A DNA stretch of 63,574 nucleotides, filler included, from Welwitschia mirabilis (Eukaryota): NCBI GenBank assembly GCA_051453625.1. It is 5 parts of one record of this genome, joined end to end, with 100 filler letters (N's around TTAATTAATTAA, not from the genome) between each part and the next. Parts side by side here need not be neighbours in the genome. Positions count along the whole stretch, not along the records: positions 31,327 to 45,330 come from JBOZIK010000001.1; positions 45,431 to 52,779 come from JBOZIK010000001.1; 3 more parts are not named here. One strand, given 5' to 3'. The notes under the pieces are model-generated. The model had not been told where the DNA came from. It worked only from the letters and a program-made list of their open reading frames with translations, and ran no database searches. The position numbers and the translations under genes are program-made. Within the stretch, counting starts at the first letter, position 1; each line of letters begins with the position of its first letter. Of the stretch, positions 38,601-51,596 are shown piece after piece.

Positions 38601-39626
38601 NNNNNNNNTAAATTAACCTCATTGTTTAACTATTAATTAAGCAATAATCATTGTATAGCTTAAAAACTTACTTGAACCACATTCTCTGCACCAATCTCCT
38701 CGATGCATTCTCTAATAACACCAAATAAGTATTCGGCATTCTTCACATGCTTAGATGCATCTATGCTCTTCAAAAACATGATTCTAGATGCAGAGCCAAC
38801 CAAAAAATTCAATAAAGTTCTACCTCTTTTGTCTTCCCACTCATCACACATTAAACTCCAACCCTTTTCTTGCCATGTTTCATGATGGTTTCTCGACATG
38901 CCATCAATGTCAGATTTTACTTCATCAAGTAATTCTGTTCTCATCTCACTATATGTTGGTGGTTTGAAATTAGGCCCTACTTTATAAATTGCATTGTACA
39001 TCTCTTTTAACATGGTAGTAGAACGAAAACGATTAAGAACCAACATTTGAAAATACCAAAATTTGGCCATTTTCTTTTTGGCTTCATGCATCAATTTTCT
39101 TCATTTGGGGAGTATTGTGCAATGTATGTTCTACTAATGAAGGAGAAGATGAACTTCCCAATCCTCCACCACCCCCACTTCTGCTTGTTTGAGCAGTTGT
39201 TTTGCTTGACATAAGATCTATTTGCTCTCTCTCACTTTTTTGAATCCGAGGAGGAGGGGCATAAAATGTTCTTGACTGGCTTAAAGTATCTCCACCAGCT
39301 GGACAAGCTTCCACACCTGGAATGTTTGAGCAAGACTGAAATTGCTTTTGGTTTCTTTTTGCAATCATTTCCTCTGCCTGTCTAGAAGCACCTCTTCTTT
39401 TACCTTTCTTTGCAAGCATTGCCATGCACTCTTGCCTGATTTTTTCACTGATTACACCTCTTAGATCAAGACATTTGCAAATATCATGCCCTAGAATGCC
39501 TGCAATATGGTATTTCAATCATGTAACTCCACCAAAAACACTCATACCACAAAACCTACAAATAACTTCTGTTGCCTTTGTTTCAGAAGTACAACACTGC
39601 CAAGCTTTATCTTTAGGGCAAACCAT
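35696..39626 (-). pseudogene. hAT transposase (BED finger, DUF659-type region, hATC dimerisation), intron-containing, disrupted
   Basis: MVCPKDKAW..ICRFCG..GGVT*LKYHIAG (BED finger, stop at ~39520). FKPPTYSEMRTELL..GWSLMCDEWED..RTLLNFLV..FLKSIDAS..IGAENVVQV. LTKPCSASG/CARNWSVFEHIHSNKHNRLTTERLNDLVFVHYNLKL. Acidic tail. Frameshift near 39090. Confidence 0.93.
37432..37707 (+). mobile_element. TRIM (terminal-repeat retrotransposon in miniature) nested in the hAT
   Basis: LTR of ~115 bp ending GGCCCAACA (37537). PBS TAGTATCAGAGCC (tRNA-iMet type, 37540-37552). Interior ~100 bp. PPT AGAGGGGGAGA (37627-37637). Second LTR starts TGTTGCG at 37639. Flanked by gaps. Confidence 0.88.
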
Positions 39627-41738
39627 CTTCAAAACTCAACCAAACGAATCCTGTAAACAACATTAGTAATAAAAATTATAAAATGAAGAAAAGGTAAGTA
39701 CTCAAAAGTCACAATGTTGTACATAAAAAATTCAAAATTTTTACAAACTGTCCCAAATTGTAAAGCCTTCTCTAATAATATTTAGGCCTTCAAAGAAAAT
39801 AAATAACATTATCTAGATTCTAGAAGTTAGAACAAAGTGACATATAGTAGATCAAATTTGCAAAACTAGGCTCCAATGAATGATCCATCATAGCAAAAAT
39901 ACCAATACGTATTAAGTAGGATGGAGATCCTAGAACATAAATCAAAGCATGCAATATATGACACTTCTATCTGTTCGAAACATTACTTCTTAAGCATGCC
40001 ATTTAAAAAAATCTCTAAGAAGGGCATTAGAAGATGGAATTCCATTTAAAAAAAATGCAACAATAGAGAGGCAAGTTACCAAAACCTCAAAGTTTTAGGT
40101 TCTGTACTTTTGTAAGTGACATTTTGATTCGAAAACAAAATAGATCAAAGATTAATTTAAAATCTGGCAAAGGTGTTCTGCTAGGAATATTGATGTAAAC
40201 TGGGCATTGGTATCTCCTCTTCACATCTGTCAAATATGGTGTTTAATTGTAACATAGTAGAATTGTCTTCTATGGCATATAGCATAGACCATTGATATAA
40301 AACTGTTTTCAGATACTATGATTGATGAAGGGCTGTATACCGTTGCTCCTGTATTTGTAGTAAATTTTTTGTGCAGAGTAGTAGCGCTCCTTTCCACTTC
40401 TCTCATGAGCTTTCCTTTGCATTGGAGGGACCCACAATGTAAATCTTTGTGTTGTCTTTGTCCCTTTTAATTATTGTATAGTTTGTTACTTTATTTTTTT
40501 CTGCAGTTTTTTTGTGTTGTTTTTTGTAAAAGAGAGAAGATTTTCTTCAATAATGCTAGCTTTACCTTTTTGCACCTTTTTTTCTGTTATATAGGAAGTC
40601 TCTTGAGTTCTTAATAGGCTTTGCAAGAAAGAAATTTTTCATGGTGGCGGAGTGAACTAGTTTAATAGTCAAATAGCAAGGCAATTGAAAGTTATGTGAA
40701 ACTGATAGATTAGTTTAATAGTCAAATAGCAGAGGATCATTCTTTGTTGGTGTGAATTAAAGTATTTACAATTACAGTCAGATATAATGAAGAACCTTTC
40801 ATACTGAAGAGTGAAGACAGTAAGGGAGTGCCTGGAAGAAACTGAAGATAGTAAGGGAGTGATTGGAAAAAGATATTGCGCTGTTTCATCACCTGTGTCG
40901 ACAGTGTTACAGAGGGTACTTGCTTGCCTGTTTCGCTATTTCTCCTCTCTTCCAGGCTCCATCACCTCTCTGCCGTTTCCACGTGTTTTGTTGTTTCCTT
41001 GTTTCTCTCCCGCTTCCCGCAAGTTTCTCCCTTCGCATGCTTCTTTCTCCTCTCACGCAAGCCTTTTTTTGCAGTTTCAAAAAAGCTTGACATGTTGACC
41101 TTTGTTGGCGACATGTTGCCCATTATAAAATAATGCACGCGTGACTTTTTTTGATTTTTTTGCTCTCAAATGTTGACTAGTCGCCCTTTCTCTAGGCAGC
41201 GACCAGTCGCTCTTAGTCTCCTGATTGCCGCATCTGACTCAGAAAAAGGCTTTTCCAATTTTTCAAGGCTGGGCGACTAGTTGTCGCTACTTTAATCATT
41301 GCTTTTTCTTTTTTTTTTTGATTTTGTGTTCTTAAAATTTAGACAAGCATAGTTTTTTCTTAGTTGGAAAATGGACAAGCATAATTTTGTATTGACATTA
41401 AAGAGGACAAGCATAATTTTGTATCGACATTAAATAGGACAAGCATGATCTCATATGACATTTGCATCTTGAAGGGTATGTTGTGTTGTTCATTAAAAAG
41501 GGCAACGGCATTCCTTAAATAATTTGAAGTGGTACTTAACATTCAAATTCCCACATCATTTGCCACACTGATTTGGTATTGTGGGTACTTGTATTAACAC
41601 TAAAGTAGCTTGCCATTTTAACTTTATTAATGCATTTTTTTGCTTAATTTATTGAGATGACACATCTTCCCATACTCATGATGATAATTTCTCCTTTGGA
41701 TTCTTTAATTAAATAGCTTTGTAATTTGCCTTTTGCAG

Positions 41739-42809
41739 ATAACACTATTCCTGGTCTAAGTGATGATGTTATCAGTATCTATAAGGGGTATGCAATTAAT
41801 ACTCAAATATATTTGTTTCAGTCATTGTTTTATAGTTGCTAAAGGATTATTTCTTTTATTTTCCCATTTAATCAATTAATTCTTGTTTCTTGACTTGCTT
41901 ATACAGTGTGGGGCAGATTCTTAGTAGGTACACCACAGGCAAGCTTCCAAAAGCTTTAAAGGTTGTGCCATCATTGACCCATTGGGAGGAGGTTCTTTAC
42001 CTAACCGAGCCAACAAAATGGTCTCCAAATGCGATGTATCAAGTAACTCGAATTTTTGTATCAAACATGAATGCAAAGATGGCTCAGCGTTTTTGCTACC
42101 TTGTGTTGCTTCCACGTGTCAGGGAGGATATCAGTAAGAACAAACGTCTTCATTTTGCTCTGTACCAAGCATTGAAAAAGACTCTCTACAAACCACAAGC
42201 CTTTTTCAAGGGCATTCTTCTACCTCTCTGTCAGGTCTGCATTTAGTTTTCAACATCATGCAGTGTCATTAGTATGTAAGCTTTTGCATAGGATTTGGAA
42301 ACATTAAAGAGGATACGCTTGGTTTAGTACTAGTTATCCATCCTTTTGTATCATATAAATGATTTATTGATATATTGAAGTGAATGGTTACTGAAATTTT
42401 GAGATTTCCGCATCACTTTCTTTCAATGTTCTATTATCTAATATTGTTTGAGATATTCAATTTGATTCTGCAGTCAAGGACATGCAACTTACGTGAAGCT
42501 GTCATTATTGGAAGTGTCATTCAGAAAGTTTCAATACCCTCATTACATTCCAGGTGTGTTTCTACATTCTACAAAGATCTCAGTTTTAATAAAATAAATT
42601 TGTTTCTTTGGTGCACATATAGGATAAAGTTGTGAATGAGGTTCATTTGTTCACTCTTTTTTTGGTAATATATTTGAAGAGGTTTTAAATTAGATGCCAG
42701 AGTTTCTCATTTTAACTTCTGATTCAGGTTTATTAAACTTTGTTGAACTTTTATGCAACAGTGCAGGACTGATGAAAATAGCAGAAATGGAATATTGTGG
42801 CACTAACAG
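41739..42809 (+). CDS. BYSL: Bystin (Enp1, 40S ribosome biogenesis factor), four internal exons: 41739-41787, 41907-42234, 42474-42553, 42762-42809
   Basis: GT-AG introns splice to an open frame: [67 protein letters not shown]...[71 protein letters not shown]. No 5' or 3' exons were found in the window, so functional status is uncertain. Confidence 0.85.
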
Positions 42810-45430
42810 GTATCATGCTGACAAATCATGGATCATTTGCACTTTTTAAGACAACATACTTTGAAGTTTGAGTGAATCATTGCCATGACATATTTTCTAT
42901 GTTATTAATTCATTCAATGCTGTATTCATTTGTGAAATTTAGACTAAGTTTGATACTATGGTATCTATCTATGATTTGAAAGACAGATGAAGAATCTTAG
43001 TTTCAGTTGGAATAATTTTGATACATAGACAAAGGAGAGCCATGCTAGAATACACAGAAAGAAATTATGGCTTTTGGAATGGGTGAATTTCTTCAATTAT
43101 TTGCTCAAAAGAGTATGCAAGTAAAATCACATAAAACAGGGTGTTAGACACACGACCTACATTTTCTTGAACATAGGAAATGCACAACATAGTTCAGGGT
43201 CTAAAGTCTTGAAATTTATAATGTGTACCATACTTTTATGCTTGGTCTCTAACCTCTGTCAGTATGTCGACTCTTTGGAACAGCTGAAAGGGCTAGCTGA
43301 CTCAGTTATTTTTCTTTAATGCATGGTGATCTGGTGTTATTACTTCTACTGTTCTAGCTGTGAATGTATTTTGCTTCCTAAATGATAAACGAAATATGTA
43401 ATGCTGTCAATCTAGACTTTAATTTGTAAATGATGGAATCACGTATATTTTTTATGTTTGAGTTAGAATACAAGTCTCATGTGAGTTTGTCGTATTTTTA
43501 GATAGTGTTCCCAATCCCATCCCATTTGTATGCCATTCTTCATGACTACTGATCTGAGTGAAAGTACAAAATTGGAGTCCCTGCTAGAATGTTACGTTTT
43601 CTTGCCTCTCACCACTATGTTCTGACACACTTTTGAGTGCAGTGATCCTTTTAAACCATTTTTGCATGTTGCTTTGTTGTGGTAATTAGTATGTACATTC
43701 TCTTTCTAGGATATTTGTCTTTATTCAAACTCATGGTCATGCTAAAGACCATGCCTCTTAAATTTGAATGTTTGATAATACTTAACAACATGGTATTTGT
43801 AGAAGTCTGGGGGGAGAACATGTACCCTTAAAAATTGCATTTGTTAGAAGTTACAACCTTTTGAGTTTTCTCTTAGAACTGTACCTTCTTTATTATTTCC
43901 ATGTACATGCACTGGGAAATTTCTGNNNNNNNNNNNNNNNNNNNNNNNNNNNNNNNNNNNNNNNNNNNNNNNNNNNNNNNNNNNNNNNNNNNNNNNNNNN
44001 NNNNNNNNNNNNNNNNNNNNNNNNNNNNNNNNNNNNNNNNNNNNNNNNNNNNNNNNNNNNNNNNNNNNNNNNNNNNNNNNNNNNNNNNNNNNNNNNNNNN
44101 NNNNNNNNNNNNNNNNNNNNNNNNNNNNNNNNNNNNNNNNNNNNNNNNNNNNNNNNNNNNNNNNNNNNNNNNNNNNNNNNNNNNNNNNNNNNNNNNNNNN
44201 NNNNNNNNNNNNNNNNNNNNNNNNNNNNNNNNNNNNNNNNNNNNNNNNNNNNNNNNNNNNNNNNNATTTCTGCATTGCACTCCTTTCTTGAGATCCCACA
44301 AATGAGTCATCAGATTTTGATTAGCATTGTCCAATAGCTAGATGGTGTTGATGCAGTTTTCTTTGGATTTTGGAAGGTTAGTTGCTTGAGGACAACTGAG
44401 GTATGAGTTGTTATCTCTTCTTTGGTGTGCTGGGTGGAAGACTATCAATTCTGTCACCCAGCAAGGAAGAAATCCATAACTTAGCGGTGTGTATCATCGT
44501 TCTTCAAGTTCTTGTTATGGAACTATTAATCCCTGAAACAAGCAAAAATCAAAGATTGCCACTTGTGCAAGATACGACCATTGAAAGAACTCCAAAGTTT
44601 CCTTCTTTAGATTGTTTGACCGTATAAAACAAGCAAAAATCCACTCATGCAAGATACGATCATTGAAACAGCTCCTGATGTTTCCTTCTTATATGCTGTT
44701 TGATCTCACACAGAAACCTTGTTGATGAGGTTTTCATGACATGTGATATGAGGTTTTTAAAAAGCTTGAAACTTTAGCTATTGTCTCCTCTTTCAGAATT
44801 TCACCAATGACCATAGAATTACAGGTTTATTTTGCATTCATCCCAGTGCTAGACATGATTTTTTTTTTTTTTTTTTGGCATAGAAGAGGTTGTTAGAATC
44901 TTTGAACCTTGTAATTATCATTATTGTCCATGAAACTAGAGGTTCAAGGAAATGCCCTTGTTTTGGCACCAGAAATAGATGCTTCCTTTCCATGGGCTCA
45001 GAATGTTGAATCACCCCAAGGACTTTGTTTAGTTGAATTGTTATCTAATAATTGAAGCATTGGTGGAAAGTTGGAAAGAATATTAGATCTTCTTAGGGTG
45101 TTAAGAAGAAATCTTCTAGGACAAGTTTTAACTTAAGGTTGTTTCTTCTCACTCAACGAGAATGTAATTGTCATGTTTACCCAACAGGTAATATACCCTC
45201 TTCATGTTCTTGTGAGGTTCTATCTAGTGTATAGTTCATCGGTTTCTTGTGAGTCATGAAAGCTAACTATAGAAAGATATCTCTAAAAATTAGGTTTGTG
45301 AACATAGATCCCTAAAAAAAACATTTTTGTNNNNNNNNNNNNNNNNNNNNNNNNNNNNNNNNNNNNNNNNNNNNTTAATTAATTAANNNNNNNNNNNNNN
45401 NNNNNNNNNNNNNNNNNNNNNNNNNNNNNN

Positions 45431-46576
45431 AGTAAAGAACTTCACTTCTGCCAACAGATTTACCTTCACACTTGCTATGTTCATGGACATCGTCTCTTTT
45501 GTATGAACAGCCCTTTCTAACAGCTAAGGCTTCACTAGGGGCATCTACCATAGTAGTCTTATATGCATCCAGTAGCTTTGAAATAACAATATTTAGAGAT
45601 GGTAAAGTTCTAGAAGCAGCAGTCAAGGTAGTCCGAACCATTTCTGAGGATTCTGGTAAGGAACTCAATACAACAACAACCCAGAGATCTTCTTTGAAAT
45701 TTATACCCAGATCATGGATCTAAGCAAACTAGTCATTCATCTCATCCAAATGACTTGGCAAAGACGTTCCTTCCTTCATTTTAATCTTGAAAACCCTGTT
45801 AATGGTATAATATTTATTCATTCCAGTGGGTTGGTCATACCTTTCATTCAACATTTTCCATAAGACATCTGCCTCGGTTATTCGCCTGTACGTTGCAAGT
45901 ATATTGTTGCCAAGACACGGATGAATTCTGGTGAGAGCTTTTCGATTGAGTTTTTCCCATTCTTTGTAAGGTATTTCTTCAACCAATCAGCATCTGACAA
46001 TCCGGATGTTGCTTTCACTTCGCCCTTTGATTTGAGGACAACATCTCAAGCCTTCAAGAAAAGAACATCCTCCATCAAGATTTTCCAATTTTCCCAGTTC
46101 TCGACTCCAACCAATTTGTCCGTCGTTGACAAGTGCTCCATCTTGTACAAACCCTAGTGCTTAAATCTGCAACCCCAAAAAATTTCACCACTCGCACGCA
46201 CCTGCTCCCTACAAATCTTTACTAAAAATCAATTGCTAAACAAAGGGGAACAATAAACAGAAGTACAAAACACACACAGATTTACGTGGAAAACCCTTGC
46301 GGCAAAAACCATGGGAAGTAGGCAGAGCTCTTAATGTTATTCAAGAAGCAAAAAGAATCACCATACAAAATAAACCCCTAAGCAACTTTAGATACGTTTA
46401 GTGTTTCAAGCCAAGACAATCTAGAAACTTCCTCTCCCTTTCTTTTCTTTTCTTTCATTTAAATACCCCAAGGAGTTAAAACATAACCTTCTTTTACAAT
46501 CTTACAAAAGGGGAATCAATGTTAAAACGTAACATCACAATATAAACAAGACAAGTTTGCCTTCACTTTTCCAACA
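45431..46576 (-). mobile_element. Copia LTR retrotransposon 5' end: LTR ~46234-46576 plus gag remnant
   Basis: gag ATG at 46141 (MEHLSTTDKLVGVENWENWKILMEDVL...EWEKLNRKAL...KIKMKEGTSLPSHLDEMN...LSSLPES), UBN2/gag_2 type. The LTR contains GATTTACGTGGAAAACCC and ends CCAACA. It is inserted at the end of the bystin duplicate arm. Confidence 0.85.
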
Positions 46577-49500
46577 GTTTCAAGGAGTAATATTTCAATA
46601 ACAAGAACTTGAACAATGACAATACACACTGCAAACTTATGGAGAACAATCCCAAGTTAAGTCTTGATTAGAAGGATTTCTTCCTCGTTGGGTAAGAGAA
46701 TTGTAGTCTTCCACTCGACACACCAAAGAAGAGATAATGTCTTATACCTCAATTGTCCTCAAGCGACTAACTTTCAAAAACCCAAGGAAAACTGCATCAA
46801 CACCATCTGGCTACTAGACAATGATAATCAGAATCTGATGACTCATTTGTGGGATCTTAAGAGAGGGGCCCAATGCAGAAATTTCCCCTTGCATGTACAT
46901 GGAAATAATAAAGAAGGTATAGTTTAAAAAAAGTAATTTTGAGGGGTACGTGTTCTCCCACCAGACTTCTACAAATATCATAGTGTTAAGTATTATCAAC
47001 CATTCAAATTTTAAGAGGAATGGTCTTTAGCATGACCATTAGGTTGAATAAAGGCAAATATCCTAGAAAGAGAGTGTGTATACTAATGACCAAAACAGAG
47101 CAACATGCAAAAATGGCTTAAAAGGATCATTGCACTCAAAAATGTGTCAGAACATAGTGGTTAGGGGCAAGACAACGTGACACTCTAGCAAGGAGCCCGA
47201 TTTTATAAAAGAATTTAGCTCAGATCAGTGGTCATGAAGAATGGCATACAAATGGGATGGGATTGGGACTGTCTAAAAATGCCACAAACTCACATAAGAC
47301 ATGTATTTTAAATGAAACTCGAAAAATATATGGGATTCCTTCATTTCCAAATTAAAGTTTGGATTGATGGCATTACATATTTCGTTTATCATTCAGGAAG
47401 CAAAATACATTCACAGCTAGAACAGGAGAAGTAATAACCCTAGATCACCGTTCATTAAAGAAAATAATTGTGCTAGCCAGCCTTTGCAACTATTCCAAAG
47501 AGTCGACATACTGACAAGTTAGAGTCCAAGCATAAAAGTATGGTTCACATTATAAATTTCAAGACTTTAGACCCTGAACTATGGTGTGCATTTCCTGTCT
47601 TCAAGGAAAAGTATGTTGTGTGTCTTACACCCAGTTTTAGGTGATTTGACTTGCATACTCTTTTAAGCAAATAATTTAAGAAATTCACCCATTCCAAAAG
47701 CCATAATTTCTTTTTGTGTATTCTAACATGCTTCTCATTTGTTTATCTATGTATCAAAATTATTCCAATTGAAAACTAAGGTTTTTCTTTTGTCTTTCAA
47801 ATCATAAACAGATGTCATAGTATCAAAACTTAGTCTAAATTCACAAATGAATACAGCATTAAATGAACTAAAAACATGGAAAATATGTCATGGCAATGAT
47901 TCGCTCAAACTTCAAAGTATGTTGTCTTAAAAAGTGCAAAGCGATCCATGATTTATGAGTCCTGCACTGTTGCGTAAAAGTTCAACATAGTTTAATAAAC
48001 CTTAATCAAAAGTTAAAATGAGAAACGTTGGCATTTAATATAAAACCTCTTCAAATATATTACCAAAGAAATAGTGAACAAATGAAGCTCATTAACAACT
48101 TTAGCCTATATATGCACCAAAGAAACAAATTTATTCTATTAAAACTGAGATTTCTGTAGAATGTAGAAACACACCTAGAATGTAATGAGGGTATTGAAAC
48201 TTTATGAATGACACTTCCAATAATGACAGCTTCACGTAGGTTGCATGTCCTCGACTGCAGAATCAAATTGAATATCTCAAACAATATTAGATAGTAGAAC
48301 ATTGAAAGAGAGCGATGTTGAAATCTCAAATTTTCAGTAACCATTCACTTCAATATATCATCCATATGATACAAAAAGATGGATAACTAGTACTAAACCA
48401 AGCATATCCTTTTTAATGTTTCCAAATCCTATGCAAAAGCTTACATACTAGTGACACTGCGTATGTTGAAAGATAAATGCAAACCTGACAGAGAGGTAGA
48501 AGAATGCCCTTGAAAAAGGCTTGTGGTTTGTAAAGAGTCTTTTTCAATGCTTGGTACAGAGCAAAATGAAGACATTTGTTCTTACTAATATCCTCCCTGA
48601 CACGTGGAAGCAACACAAGGTAGCAAAACCGTTGAGCCATCTTTGCATTCTGTTTGATACAAAAATTCGAGTTACTTCATACATAGCATTTGGAGACCAT
48701 TTTGCTGGCTCAGTTAGGTAAAGAACCTCCTCCCAATGGGTCAAGGATGGCACAACCTTCAAAGCTTTTGGAAGCTTGCCTGTGGTGTACCTACTAAGTA
48801 CTTGCGCCACATTGTATAAGCAAGTCAAGAAACAAGAATTAATTGATTAAATGTGAAAATAAAAGAAATAATCATTTAACAGCTATAAAACAATGACTGA
48901 AATAGATATATCTGAGTATTAATTGCATACCCCTTATAGATACTGATAACATCATCACCTAGACCAGGAAAAGTATTATCTGCAAAAGTCAAATTACAAG
49001 CTATTTAATTAAAGAATCCGAGGGAGAAATTATAATCTTGAGTATGGAAAGCTGTGTCATTCCAATAAATTAAGCAAAAAATGCATTAATAAAGTTAAAA
49101 TGGCGAGCTACTTTAGTGTTAACACTTAAGTACCCACAATACCAAATCATTGTGGCCAATGATGTGGGAGTTTGAATGTTAAGGTTAAGTACCACTTCAA
49201 ACTTATTTAAGGAATGTCATTGCCCTTTTTAATGATCAACACAACATACACTTCAAGATGCAAATAACATATGAGATTATGCTTGTCCTATGTAGTGTTG
49301 ACACAAAATTATGCTTGTCCATTTTCCAACTAAAAAATATATGCTTGTCAAAATTTTAAGAACACAAACAAAGGAGAAAGACAAAAATATACCATACAAC
49401 TAACAACTTCAATATCCTACATGCACCCACTACACATTTCCTTAAGAGATTTCAACAAAATCTTGCATCAATAACGAATATTGGATATCCAATGTTGAGC

Positions 49501-49670
49501 TCTTCCCAGATCTTAAATCAATAGGAAATACATTTGATAAGTAAAAGTCGATTTTAATTTGTCCAAAGAGCAGAGGAACTCACAAATGATAAGTTATGGC
49601 TCGCAGGTTAACTCAAATTCTAGGTCATATAAAATGTGATTCCTTTAATTTAACTAGCCAATTATCTAAA
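46577..49670 (-). repeat. Second copy of the bystin-containing segment, inverted as assembled
   Basis: Continuous reverse-complement similarity to 32840-33167 plus 41310-44540, introns included, with many substitutions and indels. Confidence 0.92.
47958..48979 (-). pseudogene. BYSL: Bystin pseudogene fragment (exons 48931-48979, 48485-48811, 48175-48254, remnant 47958-47966)
   Basis: The acceptor of the large exon is mutated from AG to AA. A 1-bp deletion frameshifts it (327 vs 328 bp). Most of the fourth exon and its donor are deleted. Confidence 0.9.
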
Positions 49671-50599
49671 TGAAGAAATGACTCATTTGTGAGAAATGCC
49701 TCGTTTTTGGGTTTCTCTCTCCATCCCCAGCCTCCTCGCCTTTTTCTTGTTCCTGTTCTTTTGTGTTTTGCTTTAACTAGCCTCGCTCTGTTTCATCATT
49801 GATTCTGAAGAAAAGCTTTGAAGGAAAGAAAGAAATAAGGGGGAGATTGGAGGGCTCCATTCATCTTTGCCAAAAACGTGTCATAAATTTCGCTAGTCTG
49901 GAGAGACTCTAGAGCAAGAACATTGCAACATCCAATGTTGTTGAGGGCACGAGCCCTGTTTTAAAACATAAGTGAGTTACAGAGAAGAGAATTTGACCAG
50001 AAGGGCTGGAATTGAAGCAACAGAGAACATGTTTGTTGTACCACATGCATTCCTTTCTATTCTAGATCCTTCAGATGTTCATAAAGTTAGGACCAAGTTT
50101 CAATTCCCAGTACACTCCACTACCGTTAATTCCAAATTGAAAAACTATTCTTTATCAAGTTCAACGCTTGAATGTAAAGGGCATTCTATTGCCAACTCCT
50201 GTATTTCATGCTCTTGAGGTCAACTTTCCATTCCTGTGTATTTCCCGGATTCTAATTCACAATTTTGTAAATAGTCAATAAGCCTTTAAAATCATAAATA
50301 GTTGAGTTCTGTATATTCTATTCCTTAAAATCATTTATGCTTAGATTACATTATTTTTATACTAGTTATATTTTTAAGCATTTAGTCTTATATTTAAAGT
50401 GTTATCATGAAAACTCATTTTTTAAATAAATAAGTTTTCTTATTTCATTAAGAAAATAAATACTTGCACATGGTTAATTGTTAATACATGCCTTTTTTTG
50501 AAGTTTTAATCTTAATGATTGCGTACAAATATTTTTCTTGAAAAATAATCATCTAAATTAGGGAACCTTATGAATTACTTACAAAGTGGAAATATTTAC

Positions 50600-50910
50600 C
50601 TATGTAAGGTCCTCTTGAAATTTTGTTTCTTATAATATTTGTTAAGAATCCCAAATTACATGGTTTATAAATGACTTCTTTAAGACCAATCATGCACATC
50701 TATTTCGTTCTAATTCTATTGGAACTTTCATTTGGTATCAAAGCCGTCATCAAGTTCTTAATAAACTTCTAATTACTGATTCTATTTCTTGTAATCATGA
50801 TGTAAGAAATTCTGATAATGGTAACAAAAAAACCAATACCAGTTTCTATACAAATGTTATATCTAATCAATATCCTAGTCAAACTCAATGATGAAAATTT
50901 TAGAGAGGCT
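50600..50910 (+). mobile_element. Copia 5' remnant (LTR end, PBS, gag start)
   Basis: ...TTTCA TT TGGTATCAAAGCC (tRNA-iMet PBS, 50733-50745), then INILVKLNDENF, similar to the Copia gag N-terminal KL...NY motif. Confidence 0.5.
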
Positions 50911-51596
50911 CCATCACCTCAAAGAGACAATAATAGAATCCTGATGCCACTGTTAAGGCCAATATACGCAATAACATTTTGGAATACAATGTGCCCTCTA
51001 AATCTTGTTAAATTATCATTATATTTGAAATCTTGCGTAATTCATGATTTTCTAGTCTAGTTCTTATTCTCGACAAGTTCTTGATTAACTAAATTTTGTC
51101 AAATTCATTACGAGTTCTTGATTACTCTTGTCTAATTCTTAATTGTCAAATATGGAGGCCCCATCCCCTGGCATGCCAAGGACAACGGCTGGGCACATTT
51201 TTCATTAGCTTCAATTATAATTTATACATAATGCAAGTAACAATATTCCCCCTAATTCACTCCCTTAAATCCACATTTCATGGATTCATTGTTATCGTCC
51301 TTCTAACTTTGGATCTTTGACTTGACCACCCACTAAAGTGGGAATTTTTTCATCCTCTCTCTCTTTTTGTTTTTGCCCATCTAGCCTTAANNNNNNNNNN
51401 NNNNNNNNNNNNNNNNNNNNNNNNNNNNNNNNNNNNNNNNNNNNNNNNNNNNNNNNNNNNNNNNNNNNNNNNNNNNNNNNNNNNNNNNNNNNNNNNNNNN
51501 NNNNNNNNNNNNNNNNNNNNNNNNNNNNNNNNNNNNNNNNNNNNNNNNNNNNNNNNNNNNNNNNNNNNNNNNNNNNNNNNNNNNNNNNNNNNNNNN

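Larger units (their letters stand above)
33168..41301 (-). mobile_element. hAT DNA transposon (~8.1 kb) with TIRs and an 8-bp TSD
   Basis: TIRs CAGTGAGTAAA (33168) and TTTAATCATTG (ending 41301). TSD CTTTTTCC (33160-33167) and CTTTTTCT (41302-41309). GTCGC-rich subterminal repeats. The empty site has a single CTTTCTCC in the paralogous arm (~49373-49380). Confidence 0.9.

Noticed and set aside
40811-41133. Three overlapping ORFs of 75-95 aa
   Set aside because: They lie in the pyrimidine-rich subterminal/5' region of the hAT, have no recognisable motifs, and are open because of low stop density.
44858-45330. Long poly(T) suggesting another minus-strand LINE/SINE tail
   Set aside because: No coding motif, J-domain or TSD could be identified before the scaffold ends.
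49680-50300. Higher-complexity stretch with an 81-aa ORF next to the duplicate arm, a possible upstream bystin exon
   Set aside because: No frame resembled bystin N-terminal sequence or any family I recognise.
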